DNA of 64,000 bases. Origin: Eledone cirrhosa. Taxonomy: Eukaryota. Position 1 is the stretch's first letter. Every line of letters starts with the position of its first letter. Of the stretch, positions 31,435-45,714 are shown piece after piece. The notes beneath the pieces are model-generated. The model did no database searches and was not told the DNA's origin. It saw nothing but the letters and a program-made list of their open reading frames with translations. The position numbers and the translations under genes are program-made. The stretch spans positions 55,056,001-55,120,000 of the forward strand of contig OZ024743.1 in the NCBI GenBank assembly GCA_964016885.1, in the 5' to 3' direction.

Positions 31435-33944
31435 GCAATAACGAGGTGGATGATGTGCGGTAATCGTTATGATGTGTAGATAAGGGCGGCGATGATGATG
31501 ATGATATATGGTAACGAAGTGTGATGATGACGGTGATGTATTCATGAGGATGGTGACGATAATGAGGATGGTGACGATAATGAGGATGGTGACGATAATG
31601 AGGATGGTGACGATGATGATGAAGTGTGATGGTGATAAGGATTATCATCCTGATGCTAATCATACGTCAATACGAAGTTAGAGATGGATTTGAATACCAA
31701 CATTAACGGTTTTTGAAGAAGTACTTGTAATAGTTAAGAGATGGACATGGTTAGATCGTATTTGACTAAAGGTTTAGATCAAAAAGGAATTGGGTTACAT
31801 AATCGGGGAGCTTCTATGGTATGACCACATCTGTGAGCAGTCAAATTTCCTTAAAACCTTACTGAAGTTCTTTAAGAACTGAAAAATGTCGGCAAATACT
31901 GTCCTAACTGTACTCCTGTAACTATAGCTCGACAATTGGAATGTTCCTCTGGAAGACACAGGCCTTTGTGGTTTTTTTGTGTATGGAAGAACAGTAATAT
32001 ATCACGCCATCCCATCTCCCCTCTCCACACCGCTTGCTACCAGTGAGTATACAAAGAGCTAAAATAGATAGTGCAAGGCATGACGACCCACGCTCTAAAA
32101 GTACCACCAATCCAATATACTAAACGGGAATTTTATTTATTGACCCCAAATAGTCACAAAAACTTCATCACAGAAAATATAAATACGATTGGAACCAATG
32201 AAGGATTTTACCGTCTCAATGAAATGGGTCATTAGATAGCGTAGCCATAGATACACTATATCTAAACAAAATGCAGGATGGCCGTGGATGGATTGCTTTT
32301 GATGATAATTGTTCTCAATCACACCTGATAAAGCGCTAAATAAAAACAACAATACAATAACGGTATTAAAACGCCTAAACATGAAGGGCCTCTACATGAT
32401 TTGCTAGAAACAACAACCAAACCTCTCTCAAATCATTCTTTACAGTATATGTAGTTATTGTATTATGGATATCATGCCTGGTATATGACGGAATCTCCAC
32501 GGCCTGGACGCCTTTAATTCATTCGATCTGTGTTAAAACAATAACCAAAGCAACCACAACAAAAATAACAATTCGAGCTAATAATGGATCGTGTACAATG
32601 AAAATATCGTGTCTACAATATGTCTGAATATAATACTTTTTATGGTATGTCTGCTATGTAATGGCTTACCTGGGGCTAAGCATCAACATCAACACCAAGA
32701 GCAGCAACAGTGAAAACATTTCCATTAATTACAGTAATAAGGACAGTAACATCATTAACAATAGTACCAACAAAATAGACAAGAGCAACGACAACAATAC
32801 TATCAACAACATCAAAAATAACCAAGACAACACCACCAGTAACCACAACAGCATTACCAACAACAGAAATAGCAATCAGAACAACAATAACAACAGTAGT
32901 AACCACAATAGCAGTAACGACACCAACCACAGGAACAAGAACCAAAGTAGCAACAATAAAGTAACAAGCAGAACAGCTAAAACAAAATAGAAATCTCGGG
33001 TGCGTATACAAATATGAGTAATACGAAACAAAAGCCATTTTTATGGTTGTTGGCAGTGAAATATTTACGAAGATCGGAAATTGATTAATGGATGTTGACA
33101 AAGTGTAGAGTATGCAGTTGCTAACAGGAAGGAAAAGACTTTTTTAAAAATAAAAATTATAAAAAGAAAGGTTTCAGTTATCACTGAAATATGAACTAAG
33201 GCAGATTAAACACAAATATGTAATAAAAAAATTAATACCTTTACACACAAACTCATATACACATGTGCACACATGAATACATACATACACACACATACAC
33301 AGACACACATACAGACACACAGACAGACACACACACACCTATATATATATATATATAATGACGAGATGTCGAAGAAGAGTCGAGCCTCGTCATTGTGATT
33401 GTACCCTGAACTGATCGATATCGAATCAATTTTAATATGCCAATAAAGTTTGTACATATGCTACAACACTGACTTCGATTCTACTTACTCTCTCTATCTC
33501 TCACTCTCTCTCGTGCTCTCTCTTTCTCTCTTTATATATATACATACACGCACACACACACACACATATATATATATGTATATATATATATATACTTAGG
33601 TTAATAGGAGTTAGGTAATGTATACCCGTGTCCCATTAAGGTATTGGCAGCATAATAATTAGCTCTATGCTTTGGAGCAGAGCCGTATATATATATATAT
33701 AGTAATAATAATAATAATAATAAATTTGAAGACTAAAATACAAAGAGGGCTCGATAAGGATAAATATATATCAGATATATACAGTGAGTGTGTTCTGTTA
33801 TTAATTCTGGCAATATCACACAAATATGACCCTCCCCAAGTATAACAAGATATATAAGAACCGTAGAGCAAATATTTATTAAAATAACAGATTAATGTTT
33901 AAGCAAAGAATCGCTGCTTAAACTTTAATCTGTTATTTTAAATA

Positions 33945-34124
<180 letters not shown>

Positions 34125-34554
34125 CGCAGCGGCATACCTGGTGTTGGTAGTTAGAAAAGTACCAGAATTGTTTTCATGAAACGCAGTTGGATTTCTCTTG
34201 AAAATTTTGCATTCATGTAAGAAATCTATTTTTTTATACGTTTAGGCCATTCCGGTGTCTACTTCACACTGTGATATAGTTACGAACTCAGTATGTATAA
34301 TATGCTTCATAATTCAGTTGTGCCACATCGCTATTTCACAAGAACACTGGATTAAACGCGATTGAAAACAGTATATGATTATTTCGAAACTATTATTGAA
34401 CATATATACTTTTTATTTTAAAATATTACAATTCTTAAAAAAAGGTTAAACATTAGTAGAAACGAGCGTATCGTGAGGTAAACGACCAACGGAAATATAA
34501 TCACGTTCAAATACTGGAACTTTCCGGAACCATAACTGAAATAATGGTTTATTA

Positions 34555-34715
34555 TATAGGCACAATGCCAGCAATTTTGGGGGAGGGGACAGTTGATTAA
34601 ATCGACTCCAGTGTGTGACTGGTACTTTATTTTATCGACCCCGTAAGGATGAAAGGCAAAGTTAACCTCGGCGAGATTTGAACTCAGATCATAAAGGTCC
34701 GTAACTCTATGCTGC
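34555..34715 (-). mobile_element. Family A SINE
   Basis: Consensus match. Confidence 0.8.
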
Positions 34716-35129
34716 AACAATAACTGAAATAATACTTGTAATAATTATAACGAACCACATTTTTCTGATATTAGATCTGTAAACGTCATATCAGTAGAAA
34801 TCCTTAATAGTGTCGTGTGTGCACCACAATATGCGCAATAATTTTGATTTTTACTTATAGAGTAAAAAATAAAGAGATTAAGGGAAAGGCTTTAAATTTT
34901 CAATCCACTTACATAAAACTGACCATGTGCAAAGAATGATTCTTGTTTATCTGTTTTTGTTAACCGCCTTCCCCAGAGCTCACCTACATTTGGCAACAGA
35001 AGACTATGTTTGGAGAATAATTTCTTTTTATGGAAACATCACTGATAAAAAATTAAAAAAGATAGAATAATTTTTTAGTTAGATAGAAATTGAAGAAATT
35101 AAAATTTAAATAGACAATTGCAACGTAAG

Positions 35130-35475
35130 GGAAAACAGGTGAAGTTCAAGTACGTCGAGGCCATGTACACCAATGATGGCAAACAGGCGACTGAATTAAG
35201 TGCAAGAATTGCAGGAGATAGTGTAGTAATGCGCCATTTTCAGCATTAAGTCATCAGAAGAATGGAGGTAGGTTTAAAGACCAAACTCGCTAACTTCAAT
35301 TCTTGCTATTTCGTGCAAAACATCTATTGTCATAAATCTGTGGTAATGAGCGAAAAAATCCGATCATGCCACCGAAATGGGGTTCCTCGAAGGGTCTTTG
35401 GAGAAACGTTGTTCGATAGAGAGAATAGTCCCGCTCCAAGTAGATACGACTCCTCTCTAAACAAGATAGACTAGA
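35130..35475 (+). pseudogene. Decayed RTE-clade RT fragment
   Basis: QVKFKYVEAMYTNDGKQATELSARIAGDSVVMR resembles the RTE region F.YLG...DG....I..RI..A. Confidence 0.65.
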
Positions 35476-36068
35476 ACAATAACAACAATACATGTATGCA
35501 CGAAATAGTTTGATAATCCACTTAATCATTCAATAATTTACTGTTGGCGAGCCATTCCCGAACCAAATCTATCCTCTATTCTGTTTCTATTCGCCGTAAT
35601 CGTTTTATCTTATATAACTAGTTCTGCAATCAACACCTGATAAAATCGCCTAAGTCTTGCATCATTATCGGATGAAGAAACTAGGCTTTTGAAATATGTA
35701 TAGTGTTTTCACAGAATTAAAATTTTAAAGAAAGTTTCTATTCCGGCCTTCTGTTGTTTTTAATGAATATATATATATAATATAAAACGAAAAATCTGTG
35801 ATGCATCTGAACTCAATTTATTGTGTGTTACAATTCTTTCGCCGGCAGACAGCTCGAGACGTGATCATTGTGTGGATCTGTCTGATTCTGGATCTGCAGG
35901 TTCGACGGACACTTCTAAAGTGTCGTCGGAGAAACAATTGTAACACACAATAAATTGAGTTCAGATGCATCACTGATTTTTCGTTTTATATTATATCACA
36001 CTCTGCTCTGTAAGAACATAGAGTGCCCAACCGGCATACCGCCTATGGAAGCATCTTAGCTACCATCA

Positions 36069-36178
<110 letters not shown>

Positions 36179-36540
36179 AAAAAGTATGGCCCCGACAGCA
36201 GAGCTCAAGCCGTTTCGACGGCTATTTCCGGTCCAGAAATAGCCGTCGAAACGGCTTGAGCTCTGCCATCGGGCTAATTTTTTTTCCTATTTTCCACTCT
36301 ACTACCCTAAGTATTGAGTACTCTGGTGCGTTATGGTCTATCTGGTTCCTTCCCACAATTCCTTTGTTATATATATATATATATATATATTGTTATACTT
36401 TGGGAGGGTCATGTTGCCAATAAGAAACACACGCACTAGTTGCTTTCACTTCAATTTATTATAATAAATTTATAAATTTAGGAATTTATAAATTTCTGGT
36501 TGGTTGGTTGGTTCCACAACCAGATGATTGTTTATATATT

Positions 36541-36583
36541 GTCAAAGTTCTTTCGTCACACATTCTGTGACCTCTTCAGTGAC
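36541..36583 (-). ncRNA. Hammerhead ribozyme, left arm of the pLTR palindrome
   Basis: Same motif as 3258-3300. Confidence 0.8.
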
Positions 36584-36717
36584 TGGGGATTCTTTTCTTT
36601 GTTTTTGTGCCTCTCCTTTGTTCTGTCCTACGCCATCTTGTTTTTGTGTGACACACAAAAACAAGATGCCGTAGGGCAGAACAAAGGAGAGGCAAAAAAC
36701 AAAGAAAATAATCCACA

Positions 36718-36760
36718 GTCACTGAAGAGGTCACAGAATGTGTGACGAAAGAACTTTGAC
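36718..36760 (+). ncRNA. Hammerhead ribozyme, right arm of the pLTR palindrome
   Basis: gtca ctgaaga g gtcaca gaatg tgtgac gaaa gaac tt tgac. Confidence 0.8.
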
Positions 36761-37164
36761 AATATATGAACAATCGTCTGGTTGTGGAACCAACCAGCCA
36801 ACCGGAAATTTATAAATTCCTAAATTTATAATTTATAAATTTAATTTATAATAAATTTATTTAATTTATAATAAATTGAAGTGAAACAACTGTTGCGTGT
36901 GTTTCTTATTGGCAACAAAACCCTCCCAAAGTATAACAATATCGGTTTCAACACACGTTTTCAGATAAAGAATCTTGCTAAACAAATTCAGAAACGAAAT
37001 ATATATATATATATATAAATGAGCGGAACAAGTAAACATTAAACAATCTTTTAATATATATATATATATTTATTTATTTATATATAGATATATGCCCAAT
37101 CTCACTAATTCCAACCCACCCGTCCCTCAATCTATCTTCTCATTCTTATCTATTTCTCATTCTT

Positions 37165-37200
37165 TCTTCTGATGAAGGACTAGCGTCCGAAACGTTAAGA
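37165..37200 (+). ncRNA. Hammerhead ribozyme (family 5)
   Basis: tctt CTGATGA a ggac tagc gtcc GAAA CG TT aaga. Confidence 0.8.
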
Positions 37201-37303
37201 CCCTCTTCCTGCAATATCAAGCGTTACATATACTGTACCGATTGTGTTATATCTGTTTACCTTTCACACACACACACACACATACATACACACACACACA
37301 CAT

Positions 37304-37335
<32 letters not shown>

Positions 37336-37545
37336 GAATAAAAAGAATTCCAACTTTGTCCGATTTACTCGTTTTATTTACAATCCTTTAACATTATAAT
37401 GATATTATAATGAAATAGTATGGTAGACTATTAAATGATAAGCGTTAATTGAACAAGTACTTTAATGCTTTCGCAATCTTCAGGTTCACATTCAGTGGTG
37501 ACAGTCAAGCAATATTATTGCACAAATATGACCCTCCCCAAGTAT

Positions 37546-37618
<73 letters not shown>

Positions 37619-37677
37619 CATACATGTATATATATATATACATACATGTATATATACATACATGTATATGTATATAC

Positions 37678-37709
<32 letters not shown>

Positions 37710-37747
37710 ATATACATATATATACATGTATATATATTTATATATAT

Positions 37748-37790
<43 letters not shown>

Positions 37791-37927
37791 CATACATGTA
37801 TATATATATATATACATACATGTATATATATATATGTATATACATACATGTATATATATGTATATACATACATGTATATATATATATATACATACATGTA
37901 TATATATATATGTATATACATATATAC

Positions 37928-37974
<47 letters not shown>

Positions 37975-39390
37975 TGTGCGTATAATGTGTGTATATGCAT
38001 GAACATGTATGCATACATAATTGTTTGTGTGTTGAGACTGCTGTCTCGCCATCTTTATATATGTTGTGTTTGAATTTCTTCTTTCCTTCTCATTCACTTA
38101 CCCACCACACTTTCAGTCACTTACAGCAACACTGCGATCTCCAGACAGACACATCATTGTGTCAATTGTCAATCTTACTAAGCTAACAACATGTAAATCA
38201 GAGTCAATACATGTAAATACATGGTAAAACATTTAACGATAACTTAATCCCTCCAATGTATCAATTGAAACAACACATCTTCATTTCATCATTCCTTTTG
38301 TGTCTATATGGCAGAGTATGTGTAAGGATTTATTTATATGTATCTAGTGTGTAGAAGTTAGGGGTGACGGTGGGATTTGTGGATTTGTGTATTCCTCTAG
38401 GGTTTATGAGTGTATATACTTGTGTGCTCATATAGTGTTTATGTGTGTATATATGTAGGGTTTATGTGTGTTCATGTAGATTTGTGTGTTCATCTGTTCA
38501 TGTGTGTATGTATTGGTGTATATGTGTGTGTGCGTGTATGCGTGTGTGAATTTAGACATCATTTCATCTCCAAGTTTTTATCTTCCTGTTTCTCCCCCCC
38601 CCCCCCTCTCTCTCTGTACATATATGGGTTTATGTGAATTTACGTGTATGTGACAATTTCGACATCCTCATTAAATGACTCTGTATTTGTATCACTGTGT
38701 AATGTGGTGTGGTAAGGTATTTGAAGGTGTTTCCGTGTTACGTGTGAGTGCGTGTATGTTAAGTGTTGTGAGTGTGTATGGATGTCAAGAAATATGTTTA
38801 ATCTGTGTTTCCATGTATGTCCATGTATGTCTGCATGTGGCGCCTTTGTATATGTATGCTTGTAGAGTGAATACGTGTAATTATTGTGCATATGTGAATG
38901 TATAAAATTTTGTGCATGGATGTAAAATTTCGATTGTGTGTGCATGTATGCACGTATGCAAAATGTTGTATATATGTGTGTATATAATTAAAATGTTGTC
39001 TGTATTAATGAATATGTGCAAAATATTGGGCGTGTGTGTAAAATGCTGTGTGAATGAAGTATACATATGTGTGTAAAATGCCACATGTTTGTGTGTATAT
39101 TTGTAAAATACAGTATATGTGTAAAATGTTGTATGAATGAAGTATGTATGTGTGTAAAATGCTACACAGCTGTGTGTTGGTTTTTTAAATATTGCATGCA
39201 TGTGTGTATATGTATGCCACATTTTGTGTTCGTGTGTAAAATACTGTGCGCATGAAGTCTGTACATGTGTGAAAAGTTATGTCTTACGTGTGTAAAAGGC
39301 TGCATGTACGTTTTTAAAAGGTTGCACACATGTGTGCGTGCGTATGTGAAAGGTTGCCTGTATGAAGTATGTAGGTGTGTAAAATAATTC

Positions 39391-39560
39391 TTTCTACTTT
39401 TTGTCACAAGGCCAGCAATTATCCAGTACATTACTGGTACTTTATTTTATCGACTCCTTAAGGATGAAAGGCAAAGTTAACCTCGGCGGGATTTGAACTC
39501 AGACCGTAAAGGGACGTAACTACGCTGGAAAGCATGCCCGACCCTCTACCGATACTGCCA
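39391..39560 (-). mobile_element. Family A SINE
   Basis: Consensus match. Confidence 0.8.
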
Positions 39561-39899
39561 GTAAAATAATGTGTGTATGATGTGTGTACTGTGTAAAATT
39601 TGGAATGAATGTGTACGTAAATGTACGTAAATGGTTCCGTGCATAAAGTATGCACACGTGTGGTTACTCGTGTGTGTGTGTGTGTGTGTGTATATGTTAT
39701 AAAGCCACAGTGGTATTAGTGTTCGTGTAAAACCGTCTGTTCCATGTGAAGAGATGCTTTGTTAAAAGATAGGTGTACAGCGACAAATTTAAATGGCTGC
39801 TGAAATGATAAGAGCCGTAACGAAAGATAGTTAAAATGGCTGTTTACGAACACTCCTCTGTCATTGTAATTATTGGCTGACATGTTAATTCTTCAACAC

Positions 39900-40397
39900 G
39901 ACACCTCTCTGTCTCTTTCTATATCTCTATTCTACCCCGCTCTCTTTCTATATCTCTATTCTTCCCCGCTCTCTTTCTATATCTCTATTATTCCCCAATC
40001 ACTTCCCCTCTTTCTCTGCCTCTTTCTCTCCCCCTTTCTCTCTCACCCTTTCTCTCTATCTCTCTTTACCTCCCTCTTCCTCTCTTTCTTCTTCTCTCTC
40101 CCTTTCTATCTTTCTTACTCTCTCTCCCCTTTCTTTCTTACTCTCTCTCTCTCCTTCTTTCTTACTCTCTCTTCCTCTTTTCTTACTCTTTCTCCTCTTT
40201 CTTACTCTCTTTCTTCCCCTTTCTTACTCTCTCTTACTCTTTTTTTACTCTCTCTCCTCTTTCTTTCTCTCTCTTTCTCACCCTTTCTTTCTCTACCTCC
40301 CTCTTTCTCTCTCACTCTTTCTTTCTCTCTTCCTTTCACTCTCTCTCCTTCTTTCTCACTTTCCTTATTTCTTTCTCTCTTCCTCCCTTTCTCTCTG
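39900..40397. repeat. CT-rich polypyrimidine low-complexity tract
   Basis: About 500 bp almost exclusively C/T. Confidence 0.9.
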
Positions 40398-40809
40398 AAA
40401 CACACATATATGCACATATATATCTGTAAGCGCAGACATGGGTACATATTTCAGAAGTTCACATAGCAGCAGCCACGTTGTTTTGAGTTCGGCTCAGTTT
40501 CACTGCGTGGAATCTTAGACAAGTATTTTTTAATTTTTTATTATAGACTCGAATTCTAAAATAGTCTCTTCCGATATAGTCTAATGAGTGAAGTCTGGTA
40601 AACAGAAAATGTGCGGAGTGAACACCACGCACAAATAAAAATAAAAATAAAAAACGACAAACATGGAATGGGGTGTTGACGGTTCACAAACCATACCATC
40701 TCTTTTCTTTTGAAAAAGAGGTCCTAACCTTGAAATATCATGGAATATAAAATAAAAGTGTAAACTGTTTTTTTTTTTTACTCTTGTATTTCTAATTTAT
40801 ATTGTACAG

Positions 40810-42225
40810 GCTTTCACTAGACAAACATAACCAAGGTCGCGGTCTATACTGTTGGCCCTCCCTGATGAAAATCGCATCCTCCATGATGCGGCTAAAATCA
40901 TGAGACAGAGACAACAGAAACAATACTGCTCTGTTTTCGGCAGTTCTGATATGGTTGATTTGCACAGTATCAGGGATGTGAACCCCCCAACACACTATTT
41001 CAGGCATAATGTTTGCTGCCTTTGATATATTAGTAATAATTAAAAAAATGTCAAGCACAATTCAGCAGTAGGTCCCGATAGGTTCCTTGCTAGTACCTGA
41101 ATAATTGTCGACATCAAATAACATCACCTCATGCTAATCATTTGAGAAACTCCCTGGACACAGACTATATATCCTTCGCATATCCCTGAATATTTCCTAT
41201 TTAAGTCTGTCGTCCCGGTCTTAAAAATTGGAATGTCCCTTGCAGTGAATAACCGCTCAAATCTCACTCCCTTTCATATCATCAAGGTATTTGTGAGGAT
41301 GGAGAGATCACGAATAACTCAATTCCTTAAAAGGAACAATCTGCTGAATTCAAGCCAGTATGGATTCCATGATGGTTGAGACAGCCAGACGCAGCTACTG
41401 CATCACTTTAATCACACCCTGAAAGCTTTGGGAAATGGCACCAACACGGATGTTATTTACCTTGATTTCAGCAAGGCCTTTGACAGGGTCGATCGAAACA
41501 TCCTGTTCAAGAAACTATCCAACATGGATCTGTGGAATGCTACTGCTCTGGATTAAATATTTTATGACAAACAGATCCTAGTATGTTGTGGTGGAGGGTA
41601 TGCGATCGAGTAAAGTCAAATTCAGTATTGGTGTCCTAAAAGGCACTGTATTGGCCCACATCTTTTCGTTATTTATATAAATGATATTATAAAGTTTTTC
41701 AGATGATTCAAAACTCCAGAAGGTCATCAACGGAGTGGGAGACCGGGCATGACTTCAATCAGATCTACTTGCTGTTATTCAATGGGTGAAAAAAAAAACC
41801 AATATGCTACTAAACGAAGATAAATTTGAATTAAAAAACTTTAGAAAAGAGAATGCATTGAAGTTACCGTATTTTTTTTAAACTCAGGTGAAAGCCTCGT
41901 GGTATCAAACAACACCAAAAACCTCAGGGTGATTGTTGACAACAACTTAAACTGGAGTACTCATATAATCACCAAAGTTGATTTGGCCTGCATGATGTGT
42001 TCCTGGATTTTCCGAATCTAAAGAAATTCGTACTATCCTCCTACTTTTATTCTACATTTGCATGGCTCTACCTTGAATAGTGTTGTCCACTGTGGTCTCT
42101 TCACACGAGACAAAGTCAATTACAAAAAAAGATAAACGGTATTACAGGTCTTGACTATTGGGCTGAACTAGAAAAACTTAAACCCTACTCTCTCCAACGC
42201 CGCCCTGAGCGCTCATCATCTGTAC
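40810..42225 (+). pseudogene. Decayed CR1/L2-group LINE reverse transcriptase
   Basis: LNSSQYGF..QTQLLHHFNHTLKALGNGTNTDVIYLDFSKAFDRVD, GV.KGTVL, FVIYINDI, NLRVIVDNNLNWSTHI; contains frameshifts and stops. Confidence 0.88.
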
Positions 42226-42249
42226 TACTCTACTTCATATTCCAGTCAA

Positions 42250-42970
42250 CCGGCAGAGGCTATGCTGGAAAACCATTATTGATGCTATACTTTCTATAGC
42301 CAGCCTTCCCTGGTTGGCCATTGATGCAAAAGGGAGTTTGTTGCTGCTGCCCTTATTTGCGCTTCGCCTCGGGCTGTGGGTTCATTCAGGATCTTGATCA
42401 GTAGAATGTCGAGATATCTCTTCAAAACATCTACATGTACATCATGTAGATCTCTCAAATTTTTTTGGCAGCTTGGGATCCCTTGAACCTCGGACTATTG
42501 CAATATGTGGTCCTTATTCTTGTAGCGACGAATAGGACCTTTGGCACTAAACAGCGGCGTCCTTCTCGTGGGCTTGTCTGAGAGCAATAGTCCAGTCAGC
42601 TGAGGAGAAAAGTCCCACAAAAGACCAACATGTTTTCCGGGGCCTTAGTCCTATAAGTCCTTAGAAACCAACCCGTCATGCGTCTACATATTATGCCAAT
42701 TTCGAGATGCGTGCATGAAACGATGCAACATGGCTCATGTTAATAACCAGGTCCCGTATTGATTTTGACTACGGGGTTTCGATTCCCCCTGGTCCAATGG
42801 ATCTTTGTTGTAGTGGTCCTATGCTTCTGGATTGAGAGCAGGCGACTTGAAATTTACCTGCATTAAATTGCGTATTGCTGTCTTCAACCCATCCGTATAT
42901 GGCATCTATATGGCATCAGCCAGTTTCCTGATTCCCTGTGCTACGTTTGTGTCATCTGCTTAGCTTGTTA
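42250..42970 (-). pseudogene. Second CR1-like LINE fragment (ADDT motif plus 3' end), internally deleted
   Basis: Minus strand has *ADDTNVAQGIR near 42960 and GRRCLVPKV..IRTTYCNS..RDLHDV..RAAATNSLLHQ near 42320-42560. Confidence 0.65.
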
Positions 42971-43518
42971 ACTCCCTAGGGAGATAAAAGAAAGAAATCC
43001 AAGAAAATGAAAATAAGGACAACGTCAACTTTTACAACAGTTACAAGAACAACAGAAACGACAAGAAAAAGAAGCAATGGTTATGAAAGGTGTGGGTGTA
43101 TACATATACATACATACATACAATCATACACACACATGCATACAATCATACATACATACATACATACATACATACATACATACATACATACATACATACA
43201 TACATACATACATACATACACAGGCCGGCGTTGGTGTTTGATGAGGTTAAGAACCTGGTTAGCTTTCAGCCAGAGCTGTGGTATTTAATCTGGAGAGAAG
43301 ATTCTCTCCTTACCAAAGAAAAAAAACACATAAATCTTGTCAATATCCTTACACACTTAAATATAAATGCATGTATATATACAAATGTATAAATGCATAG
43401 CTATATACATAGGTAAATGTATGTATGTATATATATGTATGCATGTAGATTTGTATATATATATATATATATATTATACACACACATACATATATACGTA
43501 TATTATACACACACACAG

Positions 43519-43592
<74 letters not shown>

Positions 43593-43598
<6 letters not shown>

Positions 43599-43800
43599 CG
43601 TTTATGAATTTGTTTAGCAAGATTCTTTATCTGAAATCGTGTGTTGAAACCGATATTGTTATACTTTGGGAGGGTCATGTTGCCAATAAGAAACACACGC
43701 ACCAGTTGCTTTCACTTCAATTTATTATATATTTATAAATTTATAAATTTATAAATTTACAAATGTGTTTCTTATTGGCAACATGACCCTCCCAAAGTAT

Positions 43801-43807
<7 letters not shown>
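43593..43807. mobile_element. Short fold-back PLE pLTR fragment within (TA)n
   Basis: 43593-43762 matches the pLTR/ORF start; 43764-43807 is an inverted copy of part of it. Confidence 0.9.
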
Positions 43808-43848
<41 letters not shown>

Positions 43849-44325
43849 TTTTTTCAGTCGTACCGTAGATGAAACTCAATGTAATCTTGTAAAATCCACA
43901 GAGAAGTTCTGTGTTTCACTGCAATAATTCTTTAGATATAGAGTCAGATATTAGGTATTAAATTAACAATAAAAATAAAAACAAGAAAATACAAACAAAG
44001 TTATTGTTCTTTTTATTTTCATTGTTAACTTGATAACACACACACACACAGACACACATATATGCGCAGTGTGACAAGAAGCTTGCTTCCCAACCGCATA
44101 TTTCCGGGTTCATTCCCACTGCTCGGGCCGACCAAAGCCCTGTGAGTGGATTTGATAGACCGAAACTAAAAGCAGCGCGTCCTATATATGTCTATATGTC
44201 TGTGTGTGTCTTTGCGTTTGTGTTTGCCCTCCCACCAATGCTTGTTGGTTTGTTGACGTCCCCATAACTTACCAAGGTGATGCTCCAGCATGGGCGTAGT
44301 CGAGAGACAGAAAAAAAGTAAAGTG

Positions 44326-44362
<37 letters not shown>

Positions 44363-44467
44363 AGAAGAGGGGTCTCAAACTCAAGGACATAAAAGGGCCA
44401 TTACGTCCTGGAGGAGAGGCACTGGGCCAAACGTGGTGGTGGGTGATGATTTTCACCAGTTATAATC

Positions 44468-44830
44468 ATTTCTACTATAGGCACAAGGCATGAAATTTAG
44501 GGTTTAGGGTCCTGTCGATTACATCGATCCCAGTTCACAACTGGTACTTAATTTATCGACCCCAAAATGATGTAAGGCAAAGTTGAGATCGGTGGAATTT
44601 GAACTCAGAACGTAAAAACGGAAGAATAATTGATTCTAAATTAGGCTCAAGGCCAGCATCTTGAAGGGAGAGGTAAGTCGATTAAATCAACCCCAGAATT
44701 TGAGTTGTACGTTTATTTTATTAATCCCGGAACGATGAAAACACAGTTGACTTCGGTGAGATTTGAACTTAAAAGCACACAGAGTCGGTACGAATACTGC
44801 GAAGAATTCTACCCAACGCTCTTACCACAC
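44468..44830 (-). mobile_element. Two family A SINE copies
   Basis: Consensus match twice. Confidence 0.75.
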
Positions 44831-45621
44831 CGCCAACAAAAAGCTAGTTATAGTACTAAATCCCACGAAATTCTTCATTATTTTCAAAATTATTTGAAAA
44901 ACATAGACAGTGTCTTTCATTAGAAATATAGCAACAAAAGGGTTAAAGTGCTTATATTTATTTTAAAAAAACATTCCAACATAGTTTTATTTTTGCCCTG
45001 AACAACCAGCTAAATAATAAGAAAGTTGGTTATAGTACTAAATCATCCCATTGTCTTTCATTGGAAATATGGCAACGAAATCTTTAAAACACTTCGGAAT
45101 GTCATTTAATGAGCAAGGCTCCATTCTGATACAGGCATAGTAATATATAAGAAGAACGTCATACAGAACATTTAAAGGTGTCACGATAAACAATGATATA
45201 TATGACAACCCCATCTCAACACACTACATGATCGCCATATTTAAAATACACCACACGACTTTATTATACATTGTATATATTAGAAGAGAACAGCGACTGG
45301 GATTACAAGTTAACTAAAAAAAAAAAAGTTATGAAAACAAGACTACTAGGCCGGGCCCCCACACAACGTCTATTATATCTCTACGAGACGCAATTCTCTA
45401 AAACTGTTGACAGAAGATCAATCCTTTTACACACTCATTCATCCCTACCTTTCACTATCATTCACTTATACCCTCTCTCCATTCTCTCCTTCTTACTCTT
45501 ATTCAACTATTCCATCTCACCATTCTCTCCTTCCCAGTCACTTAACCCCACTCTTCATCCCACCCCCTCTCTCTCTTTCCATTTCCTCCCTTGATTCTCT
45601 CTCTATCTGTCTATTTCTCAC

Positions 45622-45714
45622 ACCATGCCATTCTTGATTCCAGCTGTTGTTCTTTATTGTACTTAGCGCCACTTCGTCATTCCATCTTTCGCACCGAGAT
45701 CGGCTGAAGCTGTG
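45622..45714 (-). other. Possible short exon of an unidentified host transcript
   Basis: Minus-strand acceptor gtaatctctatttcttttgtttAG, then unique sequence, then a possible GTGAGA/GTGTGA donor. Confidence 0.22.

Larger units (their letters stand above)
36387..37002. mobile_element. Head-to-head palindrome of two PLE pLTR copies within (TA)n
   Basis: The left arm 36387-36650 and right arm 36651-37002 are reverse complements, and both match the pLTR. Confidence 0.92.

Noticed and set aside
32661-32990. 109-aa Asn-rich ORF
   Set aside because: It is a degenerate (AAC)n low-complexity tract with no domain or splice support.
39873-40466. 197-aa Leu/Ser/Phe-rich, membrane-like ORF
   Set aside because: It is the translation of a CT-rich polypyrimidine tract.
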